Shown here piece after piece: positions 1 through 9,576 of a stretch of DNA of 63,143 nucleotides. The position numbers were made by a program, and so were the translations under genes. Each line of letters starts with the position of its first letter. Within the stretch, counting starts at the first letter, position 1. The DNA lies in NCBI GenBank assembly GCA_028684195.1, contig JAQUGH010000002.1:1-63143 (forward strand), in the 5' to 3' direction. The notes under the pieces were generated by a model, which did not search any database, had not been told where the DNA came from, and saw nothing but the letters and a program-made list of their open reading frames with translations. Source of the DNA: Clostridia bacterium (lineage in GTDB: Bacteria > Bacillota > Peptococcia > DRI-13 > DTU073).

Positions 1-253
1 GAGGCTGAGGAACACGGACCAATATGGCGCGCTACCCAGGGCGGCGCGCGCCTTCGGCGCCGCTTGCCCTGGGCTATCATATTTCGCGCTTTCAGCGCTT
101 CTGCCGCTTTGCGGCGGAAATACACGACGAGAAAAGGCTGCTTGGTTGAAACAACAAGTACCATGGATACCGTTAAATGAAGAGCATCGGTTTCATCGGA
201 GCCATCGCTATTCGTTATCCCAGCGGTCTTTTTGATCGCCGTGCTGCAAACCA
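1..253. other. GC-rich hairpin-dense segment of unclear origin (foreign DNA, structured RNA or assembly chimera)
   Basis: By eye >55% GC against a ~30% background. Nested inverted repeats: CCCAGGGC(35-42)/GCCCTGGG(66-73) enclosing GGCGC(43-47)/GCGCC(57-61); GCGC(86-89)/GCGC(95-98); CTGCCGC(101-107)/GCGGCGG(111-117). Several frames are open, as expected for GC-rich DNA, so coding cannot be judged. Confidence 0.35.
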
Positions 254-1060
254 TCACTCTGTTGGCATTTGGACTCCAAAATGTCTTTCTCTTTTATCTG
301 AAAAACTTATTCTTGGAATTGTATAAGAGGTTCCTTCAAGGGTTGTAACAGCATTGATAATTTGCCCTACTTCTAATGCGGTATTACCCCAAATTGTCCC
401 AGTTCCTACGATCCCTGGACCCATAAGAACTATAATGATATGGGCTTGTAATATTTCTTTTGCTGCAATAATACCACTGTAAAGATTTATAGCTTCTAAA
501 TCCCCTCCATACGAATGACCAACTGTTACAGTTCCACAAAGATATTTATGTACCTTTAATTTTCTTACAGCTTCACTTATCTTAATAGGAAGTGCACCAC
601 CATCAGTCATAATATAACCAATTCTAAGTGCATTATTTACAGATTTAATACCGCAAACACAAGGAATGAGCATACTATGAAGAGAGCCGGCAATTACTGG
701 TACTCCTTTTATACTTGTTACTCCCAATATTTTATTTTGATAAGGGCTATCTTCTTCTTCCACAGCACATACTTTGAGTTGAAAAGGTGTATAACGAAGT
801 TTCATTATGTGACCTTTTCCAATATATTTTATCATATTAGAAGAATAACGTCCCATAATAAAATGAAATCCACCACTACCTAAACATAGATCTACAGCAG
901 TTGTATTTAATATTACCTTATCATTAGTAATAATATGACCTACTTCTTTTGGAAAAGAATATGCTTTAACTTCAATTTCATCAACTAGAACAGAACATAA
1001 TTCTAAATCATCTTCAATTTGTATAACTTTAATTACAATTCCTAGAGCTCTATTAATCAT
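254..1060 (-). CDS. DUF3866-like protein, apparently truncated at the 3' end
   Basis: 268-aa ORF with GSGGFHF and GHSYGGDLEA motifs that I associate with DUF3866 proteins of Clostridia. The ORF stops exactly where composition switches to GC-rich. Family members as I recall them are roughly 350 aa. Confidence 0.45.
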   Translation of the reverse strand: MINRALGIVIKVIQIEDDLELCSVLVDEIEVKAYSFPKEVGHIITNDKVILNTTAVDLCLGSGGFHFIMGRYSSNMIKYIGKGHIMKLRYTPFQLKVCAVEEEDSPYQNKILGVTSIKGVPVIAGSLHSMLIPCVCGIKSVNNALRIGYIMTDGGALPIKISEAVRKLKVHKYLCGTVTVGHSYGGDLEAINLYSGIIAAKEILQAHIIIVLMGPGIVGTGTIWGNTALEVGQIINAVTTLEGTSYTIPRISFSDKRERHFGVQMPTE

Positions 1061-1063
1061 TGT

Positions 1064-1870
1064 TTACACCTGACCTAAACGGTCTATTTTTTTTAGTAGA
1101 ACAGAGTGTTCTATAAGATCGGAAAATGAATATTTTTCAGCAATAATTTGGAGCATAACAAAAGTAAAAAAACAAATAATTCTTGTTATAAATGACGTTT
1201 CAATTAGCATTAATCCAACAATCATTCCTAAAGTATTAGAACCAACGTCACCAAGCATTGTTTGTCCTTTTAAATCATAAGGAGCATAAGCAAAAATAAT
1301 ACCTAACGTAGAAAATATTAATACCATTCCTCTAACTTGCATGATAATTGGTACTAAAAGTAAAACAACTGTTCCTTTAAGTGCTCTTCCAGGTCGTAAA
1401 TCTAACAAATTAATCAAATTAACACTTAAAATAAGCAAAAACCAATTTATTATCATTTCGCTTTTTGTTGTTGCTATATTAATAACAACCCATGCGGATA
1501 TTATACTTGTACACACCGCTTTTATTACTCCAGTGCTTAATTTTCTTTTTACAAATAATAGTTTAAAATGCTGTTTTAATCCTTTTTGCATTGAGTTACC
1601 TAGCGTATCGTCCAATAGTCCCAATAATGCGATACCGTAGATAGCAAATAAATAAACAATTAGCATGCTGTCTTTATAAAAAAACTGGTACATCAGCATG
1701 GTTGTACTTAAAATTAATGGGAAAATTATACCCGCAATAGTTGGTACGGAATCACCTAACCAATTTTTTTTCATAAAAGCCTCACTGCTTATCAATTCAA
1801 CAGAATATGGAAGTATCTTAAAAGCAATTACATAGCTTATTATAGTAATAATTATAATATTCATTTCCAT
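1064..1870 (-). CDS. MraY/WecA-like (glycosyltransferase family 4) polytopic membrane transferase
   Basis: Multi-TM ORF with LGLLDDTLG and DLRPGRALK motifs. GGAGAG RBS lies 5 nt before the ATG at 1870. Start overlaps the upstream GT2 stop. Confidence 0.5.
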   Translation of the reverse strand: MEMNIIIITIISYVIAFKILPYSVELISSEAFMKKNWLGDSVPTIAGIIFPLILSTTMLMYQFFYKDSMLIVYLFAIYGIALLGLLDDTLGNSMQKGLKQHFKLLFVKRKLSTGVIKAVCTSIISAWVVINIATTKSEMIINWFLLILSVNLINLLDLRPGRALKGTVVLLLVPIIMQVRGMVLIFSTLGIIFAYAPYDLKGQTMLGDVGSNTLGMIVGLMLIETSFITRIICFFTFVMLQIIAEKYSFSDLIEHSVLLKKIDRLGQV

Positions 1871-2529
1871 AATTTCTCTCCAATAGTTGTACATATATTA
1901 TAAAACTGTTTTCCCCTATGAATAAAACCATTTACATTTCGACCTGGGGAACAATGAGTCAAATTCAAAGGCATTTCTATAATTCTATAACTTTTTCTAA
2001 GAGCATCTATAGTCATTCCAACCTCTATCCCAAATCCAGGAGTTAAAGGCAATAAATCTGCTAATACTTTTCTTTTTAAAGCTCTTTGTCCTGATAAGGG
2101 TGCATTTAGTGATTTTTTAGTTAACAATTTTATTCCTACTTGAGCTACATATCGTGCAATTCCAAAACCAGATCCCCTTTTATCAGGAGGAAAAACTGCA
2201 ATAACAAGATCTGCCTCATTTTTTAGGATAGGCTCAACAAGAGCTACTGTTAATGAAGCACTTTCTTGTAAGTCTGCATCTACTAGTATTACAATATCCC
2301 CTTTAACAAAGGAATATCCTATTGTTAAGGCTTTCCCTTTACCAACATTTTTTTTCGAACAAACAACTCTTGCTCCATATTTACTAGCAACTATAGCTGT
2401 ATCATCAGAGGAACCATCATCAATAACTACTATTTCTTCAATTTTATTAGTGTTCCATAAGGCTTTTATGGTAGTGGCTAATCTTTCCCCTTCATTATGA
2501 GCAGGAATAAGTACAGAAATAGTGTTCAT
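1861..2529 (-). CDS. Family 2 glycosyltransferase
   Basis: ISVLIPAHNE, VIDDGSSDDT and VDADL motifs. GGAGGAAAAAAC precedes the ATG at 2529; the longer ORF-track start has no RBS. Confidence 0.7.
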   Translation of the reverse strand: MNTISVLIPAHNEGERLATTIKALWNTNKIEEIVVIDDGSSDDTAIVASKYGARVVCSKKNVGKGKALTIGYSFVKGDIVILVDADLQESASLTVALVEPILKNEADLVIAVFPPDKRGSGFGIARYVAQVGIKLLTKKSLNAPLSGQRALKRKVLADLLPLTPGFGIEVGMTIDALRKSYRIIEMPLNLTHCSPGRNVNGFIHRGKQFYNICTTIGEKLWK

Positions 2530-2542
2530 GTTTTTTCCTCCT

Positions 2543-3190
2543 TCAATCAAGTGTAGGTAAAAAATCAATATTGTTAAGTATATATTCAGGCGTACAGTTT
2601 TTTGCAATGTTTAAAATCACAGAAACTTGTCTCGGCACATTTTTTAGGGAATCGGAATTTTTTTTTGTATTAAAGATATAAACTTGTATTCCTTTATTAT
2701 TTAATTGAGTAACAATATCATCATTAATCTCATTTTCTCCAAGTACAATAATAATATCTGCTTTTTTTTGTACATCAATCATACTCTTTTCAAAACCACA
2801 GTAAACCTCTTGAATACTGGGGCTATACGTGACCATTGCTCCTGCAATTTCCAAAGAATTTATAAACTGTTGTTGATTTTCATTATCAAATGGTGTATCA
2901 ATAATTATATTAATTTTCTTTTCTTTCAATTTATCACCAATAATATAGGGGAGTGATTCTTCTATATAACGTGTATTATAATTATTTAACTTTTTTTGGT
3001 CATCTATTTCTTGTTTTAACACATTATAATCAGACTCTAAACGTTTTATAATATTGTCTCTTTCTATCATTATATTATCTATTAAACCTTCTCCTACCAT
3101 TGAACTACCAATAAAAATTCCTAAACCAAGAGCCATAAATATTGCAACTAGAGAGGTAATATGGTATTTAAAATCTATTATCATCTTCAT
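2543..3190 (-). CDS. MctB-like (DUF3186, annotated copper transporter family) membrane-anchored protein
   Basis: N-terminal FKYHITSLVAIFMALGLGIFIGS anchor typical of this family. Sits next to a SteA-like gene. Confidence 0.45.
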   Translation of the reverse strand: MKMIIDFKYHITSLVAIFMALGLGIFIGSSMVGEGLIDNIMIERDNIIKRLESDYNVLKQEIDDQKKLNNYNTRYIEESLPYIIGDKLKEKKINIIIDTPFDNENQQQFINSLEIAGAMVTYSPSIQEVYCGFEKSMIDVQKKADIIIVLGENEINDDIVTQLNNKGIQVYIFNTKKNSDSLKNVPRQVSVILNIAKNCTPEYILNNIDFLPTLD

Positions 3191-3195
3191 TCCCC

Positions 3196-4326
3196 CTAAA
3201 ATCCGAGAAAAAGTTTAGCTTTGAGTAATAAAAGCCTACCAAGTTGTGAAAAAATTGTAGATGTTGAAGCAATAACAATAAATGGTACAAATGCAGCTAT
3301 AACTATATTAAAAACAGACTTAAAATTAATTCTTTTACTGTAAAGCTTACTAACACCTTTTGCATCGACTAAAATCTTGCCAATCATTATCCTAGTTAAA
3401 AGTGTACTTGCCATACCTAACCGTCCTTTTTCTAAAAAATCTATCATATTTGTGTGAGTACCTACAGCAACAATTAATTCGGTTTCATAATGATAAGCAA
3501 GTAGCATTGCTGCATCTTCACTTGTACCTTGAACAGCAAAAGTATTGGCATTCAATCCCAGTTCCTTTACTCTTTGCATACCTGGAGCAAATCCATTAGA
3601 ATAAGCGTGGACTACCAATTCTGCACCACATTTAAGTGAACTATCAGTAATGCTATCCATATCACCGATAATAATGTCAGGTATATAGCCACATTCTCTT
3701 AAAGCATCTGCTCCACCATCAACCCCAACAAGAACCGGTTTTATGTCATTTATATAAGATTTAATTGTTCCTAAATCTTCTTGATATCCTTGTCCCCTCA
3801 CAACAATAAGCGTATGCTTACCCATTATTTTGGTATTTAAGTTAGGAACAGTTAAGTTATCTAAAATTAAGTTTTTTTCCAAATTAGCATTAAAAAGAGT
3901 ATTATCTATAAAATCGTCAAGATTATTTTTAATATTTTTTTTACTATTCTTCAATATTTCTTGAAGGCTTTTTAAAGTTTGTCTAGTGCCTGTGGCGTAC
4001 ATATTATCATTAACGTAAATTGTGTTTTCATAAATTTTAATAATTAGTCCATCTTTAAGCTCCATAATTGAAGATCCAACATTATCCAAAAGTGGGATAT
4101 TGTTTTTTAGCAAAGTTAAAGGTCCTAAATTAGGATATTTTCCTGTCATGGAAAGGTTTGCATTAATAACAAATTTTACTTTTGCTTTGATTAAGGATAT
4201 TGCTGCTAATTCATCTAAATCCTCATGATTAATTACCGCTATTTCATGCGGCTTTATTCTTTTAACAAGGTTTTTAGTTTTGTTGTCTACTTTAATTTTT
4301 CCTATTAAAAAATTATTTTTTCTCAT
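3196..4326 (-). CDS. steA: SteA-like protein (thiamine pyrophosphokinase-like domain plus C-terminal TM)
   Basis: 376 aa with the GDMDS motif, a C-terminal hydrophobic helix and N-terminal similarity to SteA-family proteins as I recall them. Confidence 0.55.
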   Translation of the reverse strand: MRKNNFLIGKIKVDNKTKNLVKRIKPHEIAVINHEDLDELAAISLIKAKVKFVINANLSMTGKYPNLGPLTLLKNNIPLLDNVGSSIMELKDGLIIKIYENTIYVNDNMYATGTRQTLKSLQEILKNSKKNIKNNLDDFIDNTLFNANLEKNLILDNLTVPNLNTKIMGKHTLIVVRGQGYQEDLGTIKSYINDIKPVLVGVDGGADALRECGYIPDIIIGDMDSITDSSLKCGAELVVHAYSNGFAPGMQRVKELGLNANTFAVQGTSEDAAMLLAYHYETELIVAVGTHTNMIDFLEKGRLGMASTLLTRIMIGKILVDAKGVSKLYSKRINFKSVFNIVIAAFVPFIVIASTSTIFSQLGRLLLLKAKLFLGF

Positions 4327-4454
4327 ATATTTTACCTTGCTAATTATTCTCTGATTCTTATAATTAGTATGTTCTACTTAATTTATTTTTTGCTCTGTAA
4401 TTATTGGTAATATTTTATTTGAAGAGCTAACGTCATAAATTGACATTTCTTCTT

Positions 4455-4498
4455 TAAAAAAATAATTACAGGATCACATTGAAATGTGATCCTGTAAT
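4455..4498 (-). terminator. Rho-independent terminator after spo0A
   Basis: 15-bp perfect stem ATTACAGGATCACAT(4465-4479)/ATGTGATCCTGTAAT(4484-4498), followed on the minus strand by a T-run. Confidence 0.8.
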
Positions 4499-4550
4499 AT
4501 AAAAAAATCAACAAGTAGATAGTTTAAAAGGAACTGCTTCAATATTAAAT

Positions 4551-5342
4551 TTAACTTGCTTTATTTCCCAAACGTAATTTATCAGCTATCATAGCTATAA
4601 ATTCTGAATTAGTCGGTTTACCACGCTGAATATTTATGGTATAACCAAAGAACTTATTCATCATTTCCACATTACCACGTGCCCACGCCAACTCAATAGC
4701 GTGACGAATGGCACGTTCTACACGACTGGGTGTAGTATCATATTTTTCAGATATTGCAGGATAAAGTTCTTTAGTAACTGCACCTAAATAACTAATTTCA
4801 TTAACAACTAATAATATTGCATCTCGTAAATATTGATATCCTTTGATGTGAGCTGGTACTCCCATTTGATGTATAATGTTTGTCACTTCAAGATCTAAAT
4901 TTCTAGAATGCATCAATGGTTGTTGATAACTGTTAATAGAATTTGTTGGTTTAACCATTTTTGTACTACTAAGTAATTGACGTATTCGATTGGCAAGCGT
5001 ATCTAAATCAAATGGTTTTAAAATAAAATAGTCTGCTTCAAGCTCGACTGCTTTTTGGGTCATAGCTTCTTGACCAAATGCTGTTAATAATATACTCTTG
5101 GGTTTATTAGGTAAATCCTGCATTGCTAGTTTTTCTAATACACCAATACCATCTAAATGAGGCATTATTATATCCAGTACTATTACATCAGGTTCCTCAC
5201 TAGATATTAATTCAAGCGCCTCCAACCCGTTATAAGCTGTACCGACAACATTTATGTCATCTTGTCTGTCAAAATAATCATTTAAAATATCAACAAATTC
5301 TCTGTTGTCATCGGCAATAAGAATTTTAATCTCTTTGCACAT
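4551..5342 (-). CDS. spo0A: Sporulation master regulator Spo0A
   Basis: Receiver domain plus the hallmark [15 protein letters not shown] helix. GGAGG RBS. Confidence 0.95.
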   Translation of the reverse strand: MCKEIKILIADDNREFVDILNDYFDRQDDINVVGTAYNGLEALELISSEEPDVIVLDIIMPHLDGIGVLEKLAMQDLPNKPKSILLTAFGQEAMTQKAVELEADYFILKPFDLDTLANRIRQLLSSTKMVKPTNSINSYQQPLMHSRNLDLEVTNIIHQMGVPAHIKGYQYLRDAILLVVNEISYLGAVTKELYPAISEKYDTTPSRVERAIRHAIELAWARGNVEMMNKFFGYTINIQRGKPTNSEFIAMIADKLRLGNKAS

Positions 5343-5385
5343 TATTTAACCTCCTTATAATAATAATTTCTCTGTTAAATATTAT

Positions 5386-5392
5386 TTCGACA
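5386..5392 (-). promoter_or_regulatory. Candidate 0A box (TGTCGAA) upstream of spo0A
   Basis: Exact TGNCGAA match on the gene strand, 44-50 nt upstream of the spo0A ATG. An AGGAAAT element (5403-5409) lies 14 nt upstream of cGAAAT, loosely resembling a sigma-H promoter. Confidence 0.4.
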
Positions 5393-5547
5393 ATTGACTT
5401 ATATTTCCTTCTTTTATATAAAATAAATTTTTTTATTTTATATAAAATTTAGATATATTAATTCTTTATTTTGCATATATGTTTATAAAATTTATTTATT
5501 CAACATATATCTACATTATTTGATATTATAATGTAATAAAGTGAAAG

Positions 5548-6939
5548 TTAGTTGAATCTATATAAAGCTAGCGACGTCCAGCTATGCGGATAAATAAACA
5601 AGCCTTGGGAATAATATTCCAAGGCTTGTTTATTATTTTTAGTAAAAACATCTGCTTCAAGAAGCATATTTTCAATAAACACTCCATATCCTCTGGAAGG
5701 ATCATTAATAAATACATGTGTAACTGCTCCAGCTAATTTACCATTTTGTAAAATAGGACTACCACTCATTCCTTGAATAATTCCACCAGTTATTTCTAAT
5801 AATCTTTTATCAGTTATACGTACGATCATGTTTTTACCATCAATTCTATTAGAAAGAACCTTTTCAATCGAAATATCATATTTTTTTACTTCTTCTCCTT
5901 CAAGCACAGTTAAAATCTGAGCCTTTCCGCATTTAATTTGATTGGAATATAGAATGGGGATTGGTTCTTCGAAAAAAGTATTTTTTATATCTTTTTTTGA
6001 AGTACCATAGATACCACAGGTATCATTTTTTTCTATATTACCAAATTCGGTATTTTCAAGAAATAGTCCTACTTTTTCTCCGGGTTCTCCGGTTCTACCT
6101 TTTTTAACATCTTCTATAGATGCGTATAAAATTTTGCCTTGTCTTATATTTAACTTTTGATTTGTTTCAGTATCTGTGATCATATGACCTAAAGCTCCAT
6201 ATTTTTTTGATATGGGATCATAAAAGGTTAACGTTCCAATTCCCCCCGCATTATCTCGGACAAATAATCCAATACGATAAGATTTAGTATCATTACAATA
6301 TTGTGGCTGTACTACTCTTCTTAATTTTTTACCATTTCTGGTTACAGCTATTGTAAGACATATATTTGACTGACTGGATTTGCTAATAATATTTTTCACC
6401 TGATCATCATTAATAATGTTAATTCCATTAATATTAGTGATGATATCTCCCACCCTTATATCTGCGTCTCGTGCTGGGAAATGAGTCTCATTATTTTTAT
6501 CAAGTACAGGTGAAAAGCCGACAACTAGGACACCATCTGTTCTCAGTAACACACCGATAGAATGTCCTCCAGGTGTAAGCGTTATATCAGGTGTTACATC
6601 GATATTAATTATTTTTAGAGGTATTAATCCAAAAAGTTTTAATTCTAAGCTTACATTTCCTGGCTTAACACCAATGGGGGAAGTTACTCCTAATACATAT
6701 TTTCCTTGCGTTAATTCCTCTCCTTCCATTGTCAATATTTTTTCACTATCGTTTACATAAACATCAATTGCCTTTAATATGCTAGGCGGCAACCTTAAAA
6801 AAAGTTCTAATGGCTCTCCGACTGAAACACGTTGTTTATCATGCAAATTATAATAACTTTGAACTTGTGGTAACATAAAAGCGGCAAGAAAAGCAATTGT
6901 TATAAACACACCAAGAAGTAGGTTCTTTTTTCGCCACAT
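5548..6939 (-). CDS. spoIVB: SpoIVB signalling serine peptidase (S55)
   Basis: N-terminal anchor, PDZ-like region, GMSGSPI catalytic serine motif, and position next to spo0A. Confidence 0.9.
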   Translation of the reverse strand: MWRKKNLLLGVFITIAFLAAFMLPQVQSYYNLHDKQRVSVGEPLELFLRLPPSILKAIDVYVNDSEKILTMEGEELTQGKYVLGVTSPIGVKPGNVSLELKLFGLIPLKIINIDVTPDITLTPGGHSIGVLLRTDGVLVVGFSPVLDKNNETHFPARDADIRVGDIITNINGINIINDDQVKNIISKSSQSNICLTIAVTRNGKKLRRVVQPQYCNDTKSYRIGLFVRDNAGGIGTLTFYDPISKKYGALGHMITDTETNQKLNIRQGKILYASIEDVKKGRTGEPGEKVGLFLENTEFGNIEKNDTCGIYGTSKKDIKNTFFEEPIPILYSNQIKCGKAQILTVLEGEEVKKYDISIEKVLSNRIDGKNMIVRITDKRLLEITGGIIQGMSGSPILQNGKLAGAVTHVFINDPSRGYGVFIENMLLEADVFTKNNKQALEYYSQGLFIYPHSWTSLALYRFN

Positions 6940-7085
6940 TTATAAATTTCCTCCTTATTCTGGCAAAGCCTCCCTTGCGTAATTTTAATTTTACAAGCTT
7001 AACTTAACCGAAAAGAAAGTATTTTATGTTTTAGATATCGTCATAATTAGTCCCTCTTACGTCAATTTTCTCCACTAAAATGAAA

Positions 7086-7126
7086 ATAAAAAAAAAGAGT
7101 TTCTTATTAGGGAAACTCTTTTTTTA
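7086..7126. terminator. Bidirectional-type terminator hairpin
   Basis: AGAGTTTC(7096-7103)/GAAACTCT(7112-7119), flanked by an A-run and a T-run. Confidence 0.65.
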
Positions 7127-7212
7127 TCCTGGTATTATTTTTCATTTTTTAAAAATAATATTTCATATAACCTAATAATTTTAAAATTAATTAGTCAAAG
7201 CATTTGCTTCAC

Positions 7213-7863
7213 TTAATTAATTTCTGTTCCACCCCATTCAACAACACTGAAACCTTTTCTTTCAAAAGAATCTAATTCCTGTTTTTCAATTTTCATGTAT
7301 TCATCTAAAGGCTTATATACCATAAATACTCTTAACATAGAATCGGGTTTAGGACTAATATCAAGAGGTGCTATTTCTTCATAATCTTGTCCTGCAAAGT
7401 AGATAAGATTATATTTATTATCTTGCATTAAAGGCAACCAATACACTATAAACTCATTGTATTCTTTTTCATTCAAGCCTATTTTTGCTAATGTTTCTTG
7501 TAAGAAATCTTTAGTTTTACTGCCCTCAATCACAAAACCTTTATCTATTGTCCATTTTTTATCACTTTGCCCTTCCCAAAATAAATATGAAAATTTTCTA
7601 TTATCATCTAGGTTATAGATTGAACCATCTGGCTGAGCAATAACGTTCCATCCATTTTTATATTCAGGATATGTACAAGTTAATTCACCTTGAAAATCTA
7701 ATTTCACATCTACCTGTTGTTCTTTCTCTGGATATAAATATATTACTGGCTTTTCTTTTGTTGTCAGTTGATTATCTAAATAATTTAATCCAAGTAAAAT
7801 TCCACCAGTCACAAGAAAACCGACAAATCCCAACAGTAATACTTTACTACACATTTTTTTCAT
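7213..7863 (-). CDS. Membrane-anchored or secreted hypothetical protein
   Basis: GGGAGG RBS 8 nt before the ATG at 7863. N-terminal MKKMCSKVLLLGFVGFLVTGGILLG anchor. No family recognised. Confidence 0.55.
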   Translation of the reverse strand: MKKMCSKVLLLGFVGFLVTGGILLGLNYLDNQLTTKEKPVIYLYPEKEQQVDVKLDFQGELTCTYPEYKNGWNVIAQPDGSIYNLDDNRKFSYLFWEGQSDKKWTIDKGFVIEGSKTKDFLQETLAKIGLNEKEYNEFIVYWLPLMQDNKYNLIYFAGQDYEEIAPLDISPKPDSMLRVFMVYKPLDEYMKIEKQELDSFERKGFSVVEWGGTEIN

Positions 7864-7963
7864 TTTTATTACCTCCCAATTAATATTCAAATATCTTTTT
7901 ATTTATATAGTAAGACGTATATTATTATATAAAGTTCCCAAATATAATGATAAATTTTAGTAT

Positions 7964-8022
7964 AAAAAAACTTCAAAATTTCGAGAAGTTTTTTTAATAC
8001 AGATACTACTATTAGTAGTATC
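7964..8022 (-). terminator. Two hairpins directly after the ATPase gene
   Basis: AACTTC(7969-7974)/GAAGTT(7985-7990) with flanking A7 and T7 runs. A perfect 10-bp inverted repeat GATACTACTA(8002-8011)/TAGTAGTATC(8013-8022) abuts the stop codon at 8023. Confidence 0.6.
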
Positions 8023-9411
8023 TCATTTCATTATGTCCGCAAAGTTTATCAGTGCAACGTTGCCTAGTTCTTTTGCTTTATCTATACAACCTTTTGTAAA
8101 ACCTGTTTTTGCGAAAAGATAAAGATGGATATTGGTATAGTGAAACAATTTGCTTCTTGAAATAAGTGTGTTAAGAATGGCTGTATTGACTTTTTCATTT
8201 GTCCATTTGCATTCACAGAAAATAGCAGATTTATCATCGGCTGTCCCCATAATATCAATTTCAGTTTCGCACTTATTCTTCGGATCGTTACCCCACCAAC
8301 GTCCTAAGCTTGTGAAAGTTAGAGCTGCCTCGCCTTTTTTGTTGAGCTTCCACAAATACTGTTTACAGATTTCTTCAAATACAGCACCCATATAGGTGGA
8401 AAGCTGTTCCTCAATATTTTTAAATGCTAAGTCTGTCATTTCGTTTTGAATAATAGAAATGTTGGATGGAACAAAGCGATACCAAAAACGAAATAGATTG
8501 TCGGCAATGACGTATATCGTTTTCTTTGTTGACTTTTCAGTCATTGGAGTTTCCTTTTTAACTATTCCGAGCGAAATAAGATTTTTTAAATATGTGGAAC
8601 AGGCACTAGTTTCTTCTCCAACTTTGTTTGATATTTCCGACAGCTTGGAGCTTCCTGTTGCAATAGCGGAAATAATAGCATTGTATATGGCAGGTGCACG
8701 AACCTCCTGTTGTAATAAATTATTAGGTTCTTCAAATAAATATGAGGTTTTATTCATAAAGCTGTTTTTAATGTTATCTTCAATCGATAAGTCGTCGTTC
8801 ATCTGAAACAGATATTGCGGTGTTCCACCTACAATACCGTAGATGATTGCCATATTGACATCCGAGAATTTCTTAAAATACTTTCTACTTTCAAAAAAAT
8901 CAAATGGCAATATTTTAAACTGAGACGTTCTTCTTCCATAAAGCGGACTTTTGTAGCCAAGCACCTGATTTTCCATAAAAGACATAGACGAACCACAAAG
9001 AATTAGGAAAAGCTTTGATGTGTCCTTATGTTTGTCAATCTCTACTTGTAGGATAGAAGCTAATGCTTTATATGCTTTTGCCACATAAGGGTACTCATCT
9101 ATTACAAGGACAATTCTCTTATTTTCTGCAAGGTCAAAAATATATTCCAAAGCTTCCTGAAAAGATGAAAAAATCGGTGCTTTGGTTAAACCGTCTGTGT
9201 AGATAAAGATGCTTTTACTTAAATTTTCAAGATTCTGTTTTGCATTTGTTTCAATTCCGGTAAAAAAGATTGTATCTTTGCCCTTCACAAATTCATTTAT
9301 AAGTGAAGTTTTACCCACACGTCGTCTACCATAAATTACTGGAAACTGGAATTTATGGGTGTTATAAAGTTCATTTAGTTTTTGCAGTTCACGTTCACGA
9401 CCTATAAACAT
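8023..9411 (-). CDS. AAA+ ATPase (archaeal-ATPase/COG1672-like) with C-terminal DUF234 / PD-(D/E)xK-like domain
   Basis: FIGRERELQKL then Walker A GRRRVGKTS and Walker B LVIDEYP. C-terminal EIDIMG...CECKW resembles a restriction-endonuclease-fold motif. GAGGCGG RBS precedes the ATG at 9411. Visibly higher GC than its neighbours. Confidence 0.7.
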   Translation of the reverse strand: MFIGRERELQKLNELYNTHKFQFPVIYGRRRVGKTSLINEFVKGKDTIFFTGIETNAKQNLENLSKSIFIYTDGLTKAPIFSSFQEALEYIFDLAENKRIVLVIDEYPYVAKAYKALASILQVEIDKHKDTSKLFLILCGSSMSFMENQVLGYKSPLYGRRTSQFKILPFDFFESRKYFKKFSDVNMAIIYGIVGGTPQYLFQMNDDLSIEDNIKNSFMNKTSYLFEEPNNLLQQEVRAPAIYNAIISAIATGSSKLSEISNKVGEETSACSTYLKNLISLGIVKKETPMTEKSTKKTIYVIADNLFRFWYRFVPSNISIIQNEMTDLAFKNIEEQLSTYMGAVFEEICKQYLWKLNKKGEAALTFTSLGRWWGNDPKNKCETEIDIMGTADDKSAIFCECKWTNEKVNTAILNTLISRSKLFHYTNIHLYLFAKTGFTKGCIDKAKELGNVALINFADIMK

Positions 9412-9576
9412 AGCTTTACCGCCTCTCAATTTACTAATATACATGTTACTTAATCATATCTTAGCAAATCCAATTTGTCAACAAAAATACTTGTGATGAG
9501 GTTATGCAGTAGCCATAAAAATAAATGTAATGGTTAAAATTTAAAAATTAACTTTAAAAACTGAGTTATCATATTG

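Noticed and set aside
677-883. This and about 35 other plus-strand ORFs of 60-135 aa lie antisense to or inside minus-strand genes. Examples: 1341-1640, 8459-8806, 11084-11446, 24486-24839, 49673-50032, 49872-50159.
   Set aside because: They overlap confidently identified genes on the opposite strand, have low-complexity translations rich in Ile/Phe/Leu/Ser, and lack an RBS. They are typical shadow ORFs.
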